NCBI GenBank assembly: GCA_965237955.1
Contig: OZ250169.1
Location: 6,016,001 to 6,080,000 of the forward strand
Direction: 5' to 3'
Origin: Candidatus Marinacidobacterales bacterium
GTDB lineage: Bacteria; Acidobacteriota; Vicinamibacteria; Marinacidobacterales; SMYC01
Length of the DNA stretch: 64,000 nucleotides
Shown here: positions 1-10,043 of the stretch, piece after piece
Layout of the letters: each line of letters starts with the position of its first letter
Position numbering within the stretch: position 1 is the first letter of the stretch
Translations under genes and position numbers: made by a program
The notes under the pieces: generated by a model
The model's input: only the letters and a program-made list of their open reading frames with translations
Told to the model about the DNA's origin: nothing
The model's database searches: none

Positions 1-535
1 CGCCCATATCCTCATTGGACGGGAGGGCGTTCTTTCCCATGTCAGGCATGATTCCCATTTGGGCAATGAGCTCTAAGGACAGAAAGTAGACAAAAGGGAA
101 GGCCCAGCTTGGGTTGATGATGGTGTATTTCACCGTTGGGGACATCATGACGATCCGGTCCGTAAGCCAATGTTCACGCGTCGTTAACGAGGGGTGGGTA
201 CTGGAAGAAAAGAATTGGGTCATGGAAACCACATGCTCCAGCTGCATCTCCTCTGCGGCCACGGCGAAAGTCATTCCCGTGAAAAGACTGTACGGGGCAT
301 AGGGCTGGCACAAATAGGCTCTCTTGATCCCTTCCATCGACTTCCTCACATCACGTACGTCGTTCATGTTTCCGGCAAGGATTTCTGCCCCCAGCCTTTT
401 AAGCTCTTTCGCGTTCTGCTTGTTCGGGTCGCGGACAAAGGCTCGGACTGGAAAACCGAGTCCCAACAGCTCTTTTGCCGCCGGGAACCCCGTATGGCTG
501 TTCGCTGCCGTGATCAAGATCTTTTCCCTAGTCAT
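1..535 (-). CDS. NmrA-family NAD(P)-binding protein (runs off the window start)
   Basis: Translated by hand, not in ORF track: MTREKILITAANSHTGFPAAKELLGLGFPVRAFVRDP...LGAEILAGNMND; Rossmann-type N-terminus; GGAG RBS upstream of the ATG at 535. Confidence 0.8.
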   Translation of the reverse strand, partial: MTREKILITAANSHTGFPAAKELLGLGFPVRAFVRDPNKQNAKELKRLGAEILAGNMNDVRDVRKSMEGIKRAYLCQPYAPYSLFTGMTFAVAAEEMQLEHVVSMTQFFSSSTHPSLTTREHWLTDRIVMMSPTVKYTIINPSWAFPFVYFLSLELIAQMGIMPDMGKNALPSNEDMG

Positions 536-769
536 AGTGGTTCTCCGTTCGGCATTCTACATCCTGGATTCCAAGCGGAATGAGAAGCCTGCCCGCTGGC
601 TAGCCGGACTCCGCTCATACTGTTCTCTGGGCTACGGCTACCTGCGCCACACCGCCGTGCACAGTAGAGGGTATGATCGCCGGACGCTCGTCGGCAGGAA
701 GGTCGAGTGCCAAACGCTGCAGCGTGGGCACATGTTCGAGGAGCTTCGGGGCCGTGGACGGATCGTCCT

Positions 770-994
770 CGCTGCTCTTCGAAAAAGCTCGCAAATCACG
801 TCGCGGCCTCCGCCTTGTTCATCAACTTCTACAATCTCTGCCGTATCCACACCAGCCTGCGTGTCACGCCCGCGATGGAAGCTGGTGTATCCGATCACGT
901 GTGGACCGTCGAAGAAATGATCGGCCTCCTTGAAGAGACCGAAGCGAAACAGCCTCGAAAACATGGACCCTACAGAAAGAAATCGAAGAGCTAA
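770..994 (+). pseudogene. C-terminal remnant of an IS1-like DDE transposase
   Basis: SKKLANHVAASALFINFYNLCRIHTSLRVTPAMEAGVSDHVWTVEE..GPYRKK matches the typical C-terminus of this transposase group; no N-terminus present. Confidence 0.7.
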
Positions 995-1182
995 TTCTGG
1001 CAGTAGGTCAGTTTGATTTTTTCCGCCGCCTGGGCGGCTTTGGCGGCTCTCAAATAATTGGGCGCGAATCCGTCTCTCCTGCATCACTACATGGCTTGCG
1101 CCGAGCGCGAGAAGGAGTCTCTCGGGCCTTGCTTTCCCGCTAGTTTTTGCTGCGTTCTGAAACGGTTCACGGCGTTCCTCCC

Positions 1183-1557
1183 TCAGGGGTGCAGATGGAA
1201 GACCTTGTTCATGATCTTCCACTCCCCGTCGACTTTTAGCAGCGTGAACATGTCGGTGTACCGACTACCGGTCCAGTTGTCGAGTTCGAGCCGTACGGTG
1301 GCGACCGTGCCAATGAGGTCGATGCTGGCGATCCGTGCTTGGAGCCTCGTCGCTGGATCGTTCTCGTCAACCCAGTCAAAAAGCCGCTGGATATGGCCGG
1401 CGAACAAGTCGGCACCGGCATAACCGAAGATCGTCGCGTCCTCGTGGAAGGCGGGCTTCATGTCGTCGCCTACGCCGGACTTGGCGCCATCGATGTAGTG
1501 CTGGACGACGTTGGCGATCACGTCGTACTCGCTCACGTTTAAAGTTGCAGTACTCAT
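1183..1557 (-). CDS. NTF2-like / lumazine-binding (Lumazine_bd_2) family protein
   Basis: 124 aa; VVQHYIDG..AFHEDATIFGY...YTDMFTLLKVDGEWKIMNKVFH; AAGGAG RBS. Confidence 0.85.
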   Translation of the reverse strand: MSTATLNVSEYDVIANVVQHYIDGAKSGVGDDMKPAFHEDATIFGYAGADLFAGHIQRLFDWVDENDPATRLQARIASIDLIGTVATVRLELDNWTGSRYTDMFTLLKVDGEWKIMNKVFHLHP

Positions 1558-1891
1558 GAGTTCACTCCTTACCTATTGACGATTAGCCATTCACTTGTGC
1601 GCCGATGGTCCTCACTCCCGAGATCTGGACCATCCTCTTCAAAATGCTCTTTAAAATATTGCATTCAAAGTGTTTCTTGCTTTAGAGATACGATCGAATC
1701 AACACCATAAGTTAGGGGGTTGCCTCAACAAGACCTCCCCAGTGGCGCTTGTACCCGTCCATGGGGCCTCCTCGGAATTGGGGAAAGTCGTCCAGTTCAA
1801 ACGAACGGGGCAGTTAGGAAGCGAACTAACACAACGAATCACTCAACGCAAGTTGAGAGGGCGAAACCAGACCACTACCGAATAAAATTAA

Positions 1892-3610
1892 GGTTCTCCT
1901 GTCGTTTCGGGGGATCTGATTTGTGTTGGAGGGCATGGCCTATGGACGGTGCCGCGATTGTGGAAAACGCCGGAAACTCCGGGCGAGAGAGGCGTTTAGG
2001 GAAAGGTTGTGAGCACGTACAAACGTGGAGCGGCGTTTTCCACAATCGCTTGGAAAACGCTTCGCGTTTCCCACGAGCGCCCACAGGCCCCTCCTGATAT
2101 ATATACAAGAAAGATTAATTCATATGGAATAAGGAAGGGGGGGCTCGATTAGTGGAGGCTATGGAAAACGCCCTTCCAGGCTTCGAAGAGAACTCAGCCG
2201 TGAGCAAGGTCTGAACGACCAGAACCGTGGGGGCGTTTCCCACAGCCTCGTCTCCCGCTGAGGGGCAGTGGCATTTGGTGAGGCCCGTGGGTTGAGAGGG
2301 TAAGCCATGTGTAGATGCGCATCGGCGAGAACGCTAGAATCTTTTTTTCCGAAAGAGAAAAGAGCGTTCCCGCGATGCGCGTTACTACGTTAGTCAACAA
2401 GCTCATCGGATTGCAAGGCCTGTGGGTCCGAGGTTTCCACTTCCAGGCGGACAAAGCCAGAGTGGTGGTGGATGTAGTACCACGGAGGAGGAAGCCTCTG
2501 TGCGGGATTTGCGGACGAAAGGTCCGCAAGAACAAAGATCGCTACAATCGCTACTGGCGGCACTTGGACCTGTTCGGAGTCCGGACCTATCTTCGCTACT
2601 CGATCCGACGAGTGGTATGTCGGCGGTGTGGAGTGGTCAGAGAAAAGGTGCCTTGGGCCGACAAGGGAAGCCGCTTTACCAAAAGCTTCGAACAAGAGGT
2701 AGCGTGGCTGGCACAGAGGACGGACGTCAGCGCCGTAGCGAACTATTTCCGAGTGACGTGGCGTTCGGTGCGACGGATCATCCAGCGAGTGGTTGCCGAG
2801 CAGCGGGATGAGCGGCGCGAGCTCGATGGATTGCGGGTGATTGGGATGGACGAGATCAGCTACCGCAAACGCCACAAGTACTTAACAGTGGTAATAGACC
2901 ATCTCAGCGGCCGGGTCGTCTGGGCGGGAAAGGAGCGCAAGGCCAAGACGCTGCTGCGGTTTTTCCGCAAGCTCGGACCACAAAGAGCCGCGGAGCTCGA
3001 AGCGGTCAGCATGGACATGTGGGAGCCGTACATAACTGTCGTCGGCAAAAAGGCTCCTCAGGCACGGGTGATCTTTGACCGCTTCCACATCGTCAAGCAT
3101 CTGAACGAGGCCGTGGATAAGACCCGGCGCGAGCTGGTGCGCGAGCTCAAAGGGACTGCCCGGCGCAACCTCAAGAACACCAAGTTTCCCCTTCTCAAGG
3201 CCAAACACAACCGCAGCGCGAAAGACAAACGGGTGCTCCGCGAGCAGGTGCGAGCTAATCGTCGCCTCTACCGCGCCATGCTTCTGCGCGACGACTTCAT
3301 GGACCTCTACACCTACAAAACCGAGACATGGGCCAAGAAGTTTCTCCGAGGATGGCTGCGGCGCGCTATGAGCTCGAGGATAGAGCCCGTCAAACGCGCG
3401 GCGAAGATGATCCGCAGCCACTTCGATGGCGTCATCGCGTGGGTCACGTGGAGACTCAGCAACGGCCGACTCGAAGGAATGAACAACAAAATCCGGCTGC
3501 TGAGCCACCGCAGCTTTGGACTCCACTCTGCCGAAGCTCTCATCAGTCTCGTCTACCTAAACTGTGGCGGTCTCACCCTCGAGAGGATCCACTGAAATGG
3601 CAGGAGAGGC
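1892..3610 (+). mobile_element. ISL3-family insertion sequence, copy 1 (1719 bp, intact)
   Basis: Imperfect terminal IRs GGTTCTCCTGTCGTTTC / GAAATGGCAGGAGAGGC; perfect 8-bp TSD AAAATTAA at 1884-1891 and 3611-3618; encodes an ISL3 transposase. Confidence 0.95.
2375..3595 (+). CDS. ISL3-family transposase
   Basis: Zinc finger CxxC..CxxC; IGMDEISYRKRHKYLTVV, VSMDMWEPY, IFDRFHIV, SNGRLEGMNNKI motifs; alternative start at 2315. Confidence 0.95.
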   Translation: MRVTTLVNKLIGLQGLWVRGFHFQADKARVVVDVVPRRRKPLCGICGRKVRKNKDRYNRYWRHLDLFGVRTYLRYSIRRVVCRRCGVVREKVPWADKGSRFTKSFEQEVAWLAQRTDVSAVANYFRVTWRSVRRIIQRVVAEQRDERRELDGLRVIGMDEISYRKRHKYLTVVIDHLSGRVVWAGKERKAKTLLRFFRKLGPQRAAELEAVSMDMWEPYITVVGKKAPQARVIFDRFHIVKHLNEAVDKTRRELVRELKGTARRNLKNTKFPLLKAKHNRSAKDKRVLREQVRANRRLYRAMLLRDDFMDLYTYKTETWAKKFLRGWLRRAMSSRIEPVKRAAKMIRSHFDGVIAWVTWRLSNGRLEGMNNKIRLLSHRSFGLHSAEALISLVYLNCGGLTLERIH

Positions 3611-3634
3611 AAAATTAAAAAGACCCCACTACCG

Positions 3635-3845
3635 CCGTCGTCATCCACGCCGAGGTGCAGCTTCTGCCACACCCGACGCGCCTTCGAACTCTTGTGCCTG
3701 TGGGCGTGCCACTCACCGGCACCGGAGATTTGGAGTCCTGTAGAGTCGACGAAGATGGATCGGGCCATCATGCGTTTTGGAGGGAGAGGGCATGTCGATG
3801 TTCCGTGTTTCGCCGCGACAGCGTGGTGTGATCCGGTGATTTCCT
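3635..3845 (-). pseudogene. IS5-family (IS903-group) transposase fragment, frameshifted
   Basis: PDHTTLSRR in one frame and VDSTGLQISGAGEWHAHRH...RRVWQKLHLGVD in another. Confidence 0.75.
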
Positions 3846-3848
3846 CTG

Positions 3849-4531
3849 GTGAACTTGCGCGCGGCCATGGTTACCACGGCACTGCTCGAGGACTTGGTCG
3901 AGCGGGGCTTGAATCCCGAGCGGCCGCGTCTGTTCGTGATCGACGGTTCGCAGGCGTTGCGCCGGGCCATCGATGCGGTGTTCGGCTCTCGGAACAAAGT
4001 GCAGCGATGTAGAAAGCACAAGGAGAGGAATGTTCTCGGCTACCTCCCCGAGGAGCTGAAGCCGCAGGTGCAGTCGACCCTACGCTCGGCGTGGCAGTTA
4101 CCCCCGGCCAAAGGGAAAGCGCGCCTCGAGAAGCTGGCCAAGTGGTTCGAGGACGAGTACCCGTCGGCCGCGGCAAGCGTGCGCGAAGGTCTCGACGAGA
4201 TGTTCACCATCAACGAACTCGGGCAGCCTGCAACCCTGCGGCGTTGTCTCGGTTCTACGAACATCATCGAGTCCGGCTTCAGCGGTACCAGGGGTCGAAC
4301 TCGACGAGTGACCAACTGGAAAGATGGTTCCATGGTTCTGCGATGGGCCGCCTCCGCCTTGCTCGCAACCGAGAAGAACTTCCGGCGCGTCCTGGGTTTC
4401 GAGTCGCTGCCCATCTTAGAAGCCAAGCTCAAGGAGCTCGCCCTAGGCAAAGACATTGTTCGTGAGGAGAAGGTCAGCTAGAATAACGATGACTGGAGCC
4501 GCCAACCTTCAACTGCCTCCGGGGCATCTCC
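3849..4531 (+). pseudogene. IS256-family element, 5'-truncated (transposase C-terminal half plus right IR)
   Basis: LFVIDGSQAL..VQRCRKHKERNV..STNIIES motifs; end TTCAACTGCCTCCGGGGCATCTCC resembles the IR of the IS256 at 6689. Confidence 0.85.
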
Positions 4532-4588
4532 CTCGGTCGGGCTGAACAGAGAGGGTGGCTGTGACGCCGGGTCTGCAACGCGTCCAAT

Positions 4589-4617
4589 TTGACTATATCG
4601 ACGTTCTCGGTTATAGC
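4589..4617 (+). promoter_or_regulatory. putative sigma70 promoter of the cupin gene
   Basis: TTGACT-N17-TATAGC upstream of an AAGGAGG RBS. Confidence 0.45.
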
Positions 4618-4639
4618 CTCCAAACTAAGGAGGTGTAAT

Positions 4640-4984
4640 ATGCGGAAGTTAGCCCTGCTAACTTTAGGTTGCGTTGGACTGGCCGGTGTCCTTCTCGCTT
4701 TACAGCAAAAGTACCCCAACGCGCCGGCAGAAGTGGTTTTTGAGAACGATAAAGTGGTTGTACAGCGCCTCATCTCGGAGGCGGGTAAATGGACCGGTGA
4801 GCATTCCCACGCAGGTAAGCAACTTGTCGTGAGCCTAAAAGGTGGCACTACAACCTTCAAAGAGGGTGGCGAGGAGAGGGAGCAAACGAGTAAGGCCGGA
4901 GACGTGTTGTGGGTGGACGCGGTCGAAGCCCACGATCACAAGTCGGACACCGGCGGCGAAGCCATTCTGATCACCATCAAATAG
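4640..4984 (+). CDS. secreted cupin-domain protein
   Basis: Signal-peptide-like N-terminus MRKLALLTLG; VFENDKVVV, HSH, AGDVLWVDAVEAH cupin motifs; strong RBS. Confidence 0.75.
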   Translation: MRKLALLTLGCVGLAGVLLALQQKYPNAPAEVVFENDKVVVQRLISEAGKWTGEHSHAGKQLVVSLKGGTTTFKEGGEEREQTSKAGDVLWVDAVEAHDHKSDTGGEAILITIK

Positions 4985-5230
4985 TCGCTCGCGAATCATG
5001 GAAAGGGGGTAAGGGTCGGACCGACAATCCGGCCCGCCCAACCTGGTAGTGCCAGATTCCAGGTGGCATCAGTCCACTCGATTGCTCCCACCAGTCCGAA
5101 AATCGCATATCGAGTTTTATGGAAGGGACAGGATACCGAGCGAGGATCACCGCTATGCGGCACTTCTGGACGGAAAACCGGGTTCCGATTACCATCATCC
5201 TTCACACCATGCTTCTAGCGACCCTGTAAG

Positions 5231-5307
5231 TGGTACGCCTGGCGGGACTCGAACCCACGACCTATGGATTAGGAATCCATCGCTCTATCCTACTGAGCTA
5301 CAGGCGC
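5231..5307 (-). tRNA. tRNA-Arg(CCT)
   Basis: GCGCCTGTAGCTCAGTAGGATAGAGC-ATGGA TTCCTAA TCCAT-...GGTTCGAGTCCC..GGCGTACCA; 77 nt with encoded CCA. Confidence 0.97.
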
Positions 5308-5547
5308 GCACTCGCTTGCGTCGCTCACTAGCGTAGGCAAACGCTCTTCGCTTGTCCAGTACCGCCATATGCCCCTCCCCGCAATGCGTGCGATGGCGCA
5401 CACTTGCTTCCGACCATCACGTGGTACTACTATGCGCTCGCTACGGTTTCTCTGGCGCTGAAACCGCTCTCGCGTCCGTCCCCGCGCCTGCGGGCAATGC
5501 GTTCCTATCTCTTTCTTGGGACGAACGCTCTTCTTGGAGAAAAGCAT

Positions 5548-6087
5548 ATGCGGAATAACAGAGGTTTCACCTTAATCGAGCTACTCATCGTCGTCGCCAT
5601 CATCGGCATCATCGCCGCGATCGCGATTCCGAGTCTTCTCCGCGCCCGGGTCTCCGCCAACGAGGCTCAAGCGATCGGTGATACCCGTTCGGTGATTTCC
5701 GCTGAGCAGACGTACGCGTCCGCCAACGGTGGAATGTTCTCGAACTTGGTCAACCTCTGCCGGAACGGCGGCAACTGCGCCGGCATCGGCATCCCGAACT
5801 ATCCGACCGCCGCTCCGGAGTTCTGCGGTGGCGACCTCGGCCGCACTTCGCCTTACACGAAGTCCGGCTACTCGCGCCAGTGGACTGCGGGTCAGGCTCC
5901 GACCAGCGTGTCGACGAACTTGGATCCGGCCAGCGTGCTCGACTACTGCTACGACTCCTCGCCGGCCAGCCTTGGTCTGACGGGTGCGCGTTCGTTCTCG
6001 GGCTCGGCTACCGGTGCGCTCTACGTGGATCCGTCGGGTGCACAGGTCGCTTGCCCCATCCCTGCTGCGACCGCGTTTCTAGAGTAG
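5548..6087 (+). CDS. type IV pilin-like protein (prepilin N-terminal cleavage/methylation domain)
   Basis: MRNNRG/FTLIELLIVVAIIGIIAAIAIPSLLRARVSANE; GGAG RBS; Cys-containing C-terminal domain. Confidence 0.9.
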   Translation: MRNNRGFTLIELLIVVAIIGIIAAIAIPSLLRARVSANEAQAIGDTRSVISAEQTYASANGGMFSNLVNLCRNGGNCAGIGIPNYPTAAPEFCGGDLGRTSPYTKSGYSRQWTAGQAPTSVSTNLDPASVLDYCYDSSPASLGLTGARSFSGSATGALYVDPSGAQVACPIPAATAFLE

Positions 6088-6178
6088 CCGCGGTCGCCCT
6101 CAGCCGTTCAGCCTTTCCGTACGAGGCGGCAGGGTCGGCGGGTTCACCACCTCGGCCCGGTCCGGGACGCGGCTCGAC

Positions 6179-6586
6179 TCACGCCTGGCGCCGGGTGCGC
6201 GAATCGGTGTCCTGAACTTCCTCCCAAGCGCTTCGAATCTTGAGCCGCAGTTTTTGGCGGGCGTCGCGCTCCGCCATCGTCAAGAAGCTGTAGGACGACT
6301 TGGTGAGTTTCTGAAGGAACGAGATCTCTAGCTGCGTGAGGAAGAGCTCGACGCCGCCTTCGGAGCTTCCCGGCAGCGTGATATCGGACAGCTTGCGACC
6401 AAAGGCTTGGCGCGCATGGCGTTCTTCTTCAGTAATGAAGTGGTATTCCGATCGAAGGAGCTTCTGGACGAACGTGAGCTCCTGATGCGTCAGCCGAATG
6501 GTGGCTCGTCGATTGTTCCCTATCGGCATGGTGTCCTCTGTTACGTCGTAGTTGTCTTTCATAGAATTCTGCGCGTCGAGGTTCAC
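6179..6586 (-). CDS. hypothetical protein built from two tandem ~40-aa repeats
   Basis: LTHQELTFVQKLLRSEYHFITEEERHARQ vs LTQLEISFLQKLTKSSYSFLTMAERDARQ; GTG start overlaps the stop of the upstream split gene. Confidence 0.65.
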   Translation of the reverse strand: MNLDAQNSMKDNYDVTEDTMPIGNNRRATIRLTHQELTFVQKLLRSEYHFITEEERHARQAFGRKLSDITLPGSSEGGVELFLTQLEISFLQKLTKSSYSFLTMAERDARQKLRLKIRSAWEEVQDTDSRTRRQA

Positions 6587-6688
6587 GCAGCCTCAATTTT
6601 GTAATGGTTCTGCTCGTCCGGAGTGCGGTCGTAGCTACGAGAGTGTGCCGTGGCCTGCTCGTACACTTCCTCCTCCGAAGAGCCAGAC

Positions 6689-8145
6689 GGAGATGTCCCG
6701 GCCGCTGTTGAATTTGGTCGGGTAGCGGCGGCACCTGTGAATACTCTTAGGCAGCAACCTCATCGCTGTCAAGAGATTTCTGTTTGCTTCTAAGCGCGTG
6801 AACGAGAGCGCCCATATGGCGATAGCCTTTGATACGGTGAAACTTTTTCTCCGCCGTGACGACGCCGAGAGCGGTCCATCGGCGAATCATGGAAGGACTC
6901 TTCCACCGCTTGACGTTTCTCGAGACTCTGCGGATGGTGCCGTTGAGATTCTCGATGGCGTTTGTCGTGGCCAGAGATTTGCGAAGTAACTCGGGTAGAG
7001 CGAGCTTCACAACCGTGAGGGTCTCTTCCATCCCTTCGCGAAGGCTTCCGGCAGCTTCGTCGTAGCCGTTTCGCTCGAGCCACGACACCAATGCCTGAAG
7101 TCGCTTGCGCGCCTTGTCGGCACTCTTGCATTTGTACGCTTCCTTCATTGTCTGGAGCACGTAGGCGTGACGGGACTTGGGAAGGTACGAGCGTAGATTT
7201 CGTAGTTTGTGGAGCTGGCATCTTTGGATAACCGCGAGATCCCCAAAAACGTCGACGAGTTCTTTGCGGATCCCTTTGCCTCCGTCCACTACGCAGAGAA
7301 TCGATTCGTCGATCCGCAATCCCCGCTCGAGAAGGTTCTGCAACATCGCGGTGCACACCGAGTTTTCCGTCGAGCCCAGCCATATACCCAAGGGCACCTT
7401 CGTTCCATCTATTGTGATACCGAGAGTTACGACGACGGTCTGTCCGGCCACCTCAAGGCCATCCAGCATCAGTGCCGCAAGCTCGAACTCCTCTAGCCGC
7501 CGAGACAGGTATTCCTCGAGCTTCTTAGTCGTCTGGCTCACGAGGTGACGGCTGGCGGCACTCTTGCTCGTGCCACGAGACTTCAACTTCGCCGAGGGTT
7601 TTGTCCAGACTCGATTCGTAATTTCGGGTCGATACCCCCACCAAGATCTGGTTCAGCACTCGCTCCGGAAGCGGGTCTTCTTCGCGGAAGGCTTCGAAGT
7701 GTGGAAGCGACGCCTCCTCGCCCGACTTCGAACGAACTCGAGGTCGCGACACTTGGATTCGACGACCGCCGAAGCTCAGCTCCCCATCCGTGCTCCCCCA
7801 GTGGTTATGAGTTCGCTCCTTCTCGTGCTTGCCCTTCGGCCCCGCGATCTTCTCCGCGTCCTCTCTCAGGAGTAGGTGCAATGCGGTCAGTCCTTGCTCG
7901 TACACCCATTCCGTCAGGTCCGCCTTCGTGGCCGCGATCCCAGCTATCATCGGTAGCAGTATCTGACCGACTTGGCCAACTACCTTGCCCGTAGGCGAGT
8001 GCGTTTGCTTTCTTACTGGCTTCTTTAATTTCCTTGGCATGGTGGCTCCTTGTCCCCTCTGGAGACGGTTGGTTTGGCAGACCTATTCTTAGGTCGGCCA
8101 AGGAGCCGCCGCTACCCCAAATTCAACATCCGGCGGGACATCCCC
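6689..8145 (-). mobile_element. IS256-family insertion sequence (1457 bp)
   Basis: Long imperfect IRs (GGAGATGTCCCGGCCGCTGTTGAATTTGG / CCAAATTCAACATCCGGCGGGACATCCCC); perfect 8-bp TSD AGCCAGAC at 6681-6688 and 8146-8153. Confidence 0.93.
6747..8040 (-). pseudogene. IS256-family transposase, frameshifted near 7590
   Basis: ORFs 7525-8040 (RPRVRS, GVSTRNY) and 6747-7586 (LMLDG, VVDGGKG, QRCQLHK, TTNAIENLN) are in different frames. Confidence 0.88.
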
Positions 8146-8324
8146 AGCCAGACACCATGTAAGGTTTCGTCACGTTGGGATGCGTTACGTCGACGAGCAC
8201 CACGCGGTCTCGGAACCGCACCAGGTTCCACGCATGGCGCCTTTGAAAATGTAGAAGCGGAGATTTCCCTTCACGAGACGGCAGTCGATGCCCGCTTCCT
8301 GCAGATACAGTTGGAAGAAAATAG

Positions 8325-10043
8325 GGTTCTCCTGTCGTTTCGGGGGATCTGATTTGTGTTGGAGGGCATGGCCTATGGACGCTGCCGCGATTGTGGAAAA
8401 CGCCGGAAACTCCGGGCGAGAGAGGCGTTTAGGGAAAGGTTGTGAGCACGTACAAACGTGGAGCGGCGTTTTCCACAATCGCTTGGAAAACGCTTCGCGT
8501 TTCCCACGAGCGCCCACAGGCCCCTCCTGATATATATACAAGAAAGATTAATTCATATGGAATAAGGAAGGGGGGGCTCGATTAGTGGAGGCTATGGAAA
8601 ACGCCCTTCCAGGCTTCGAAGAGAACTCAGTCGTGAGCAAGGTCTGAACGACCAGAACCGTGGGGGCGTTTCCCACAGCCTCGTCTCCCGCTGAGGGGCA
8701 GTGGCATTTGGTGAGGCCCGTGGATTGAGAGGGTAAGCCATGTGTAGATGCGCATCGGCGAGAACGCTAGAATCTTTTTTTCCGAAAGAGAAAAGAGCGT
8801 TCCCGCGATGCGCGTTACTACGTTAGTCAACAAGCTCATCGGATTGCAAGGCCTGTGGGTCCGAGGTTTCCACTTCCAGGCGGACAAAGCCAGAGTGGTG
8901 GTGGATGTAGTACCACGGAGGAGGAAGCCTCTGTGCGGGATTTGCGGACGAAAGGTCCGCAAGAACAAAGATCGCTACAATCGCTACTGGCGGCACTTGG
9001 ACCTGTTCGGAGTCCGGACCTATCTTCGCTACTCGATCCGACGAGTGGTATGTCGGCGGTGTGGAGTGGTCAGAGAAAAGGTGCCTTGGGCAGACAAGGG
9101 AAGCCGCTTTACCAAAAGCTTCGAACAAGAGGTAGCGTGGCTGGCACAGAGGACGGACGTCAGCGCCGTAGCGAACTATTTCCGAGTGACGTGGCGTTCG
9201 GTGCGACGGATCATCCAGCGAGTGGTTGCCGAGCAGCGGGATGAGCGGCGCGAGCTCGATGGATTGCGGGTGATTGGGATGGACGAGATCAGCTACCGCA
9301 AACGCCACAAGTACTTAACAGTGGTAATAGACCATCTCAGCGGCCGGGTCGTCTGAGCGGGAAAGGAGCGCAAGGCCAAGACGCTGCTGCGGTTTTTCCG
9401 CAAGCTCGGACTACAAAGAGCCGCGGAGCTCGAAGCGGTCAGCATGGACATGTGGGAGCCGTACATAACTGTCGTCGGCAAAAAGGCTCCTCAGGCACGG
9501 GTGATCTTTGACCGCTTCCACATCGTCAAGCATCTGAACGAGGCCGTGGATAAGACCCGGCGCGAGCTGGTGCGCGAGCTCAAAGGGACTGCCCGGCGCA
9601 ACCTCAAGAACACCAAGTTTCCCCTTCTCAAGGCCAAACACAACCGCAGCGCGAAAGACAAACGGGTGCTCCGCGAGCAGGTGCGAGCTAATCGTCGCCT
9701 CTACCGCGCCATGCTTCTGCGCGACGACTTCATGGACCTCTACACCTACAAAACCGAGACATGGGCCAAGAAGTTTCTCCGAGGATGGCTGCGGCGCGCT
9801 ATGAGCTCGAGGATAGAGCCCGTCAAACGCGCGGCGAAGATGATCCGCAGCCACTTCGATGGCGTCATCGCGTGGGTCACGTGGAGACTCAGCAACGGCC
9901 GACTCGAAGGAATGAACAACAAAATCCGGCTGCTGAGCCACCGCAGCTTTGGACTCCACTCTGCCGAAGCTCTCATCAGTCTCGTCTACCTAAACTGTGG
10001 CGGTCTCACCCTCGAGAGGATCCACTGAAATGGCAGGAGAGGC
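8325..10043 (+). mobile_element. ISL3-family insertion sequence, copy 2 (1719 bp)
   Basis: Near-identical to 1892-3610 (only a handful of substitutions seen); flanks GAAAATAG/CAAAATAG (7/8 TSD). Confidence 0.95.
8808..10028 (+). pseudogene. ISL3 transposase with premature stop
   Basis: TGG(Trp) to TGA at 9354-9356 relative to copy 1. Confidence 0.92.

Noticed and set aside
1720-2108. Small ORFs in the ISL3 leader as passenger genes
   Set aside because: Their ends differ between the two IS copies because they run into flanking DNA; the palindromes explain the open frames
5394-5410. sigma54 promoter upstream of the pilin (TGGCGCACACTTGCT)
   Set aside because: GG-to-GC spacing is 9 nt rather than the required 10
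1892-10043. Composite transposon formed by the two ISL3 copies
   Set aside because: Each copy has its own TSD and the outer flanks do not match, so these are independent insertions
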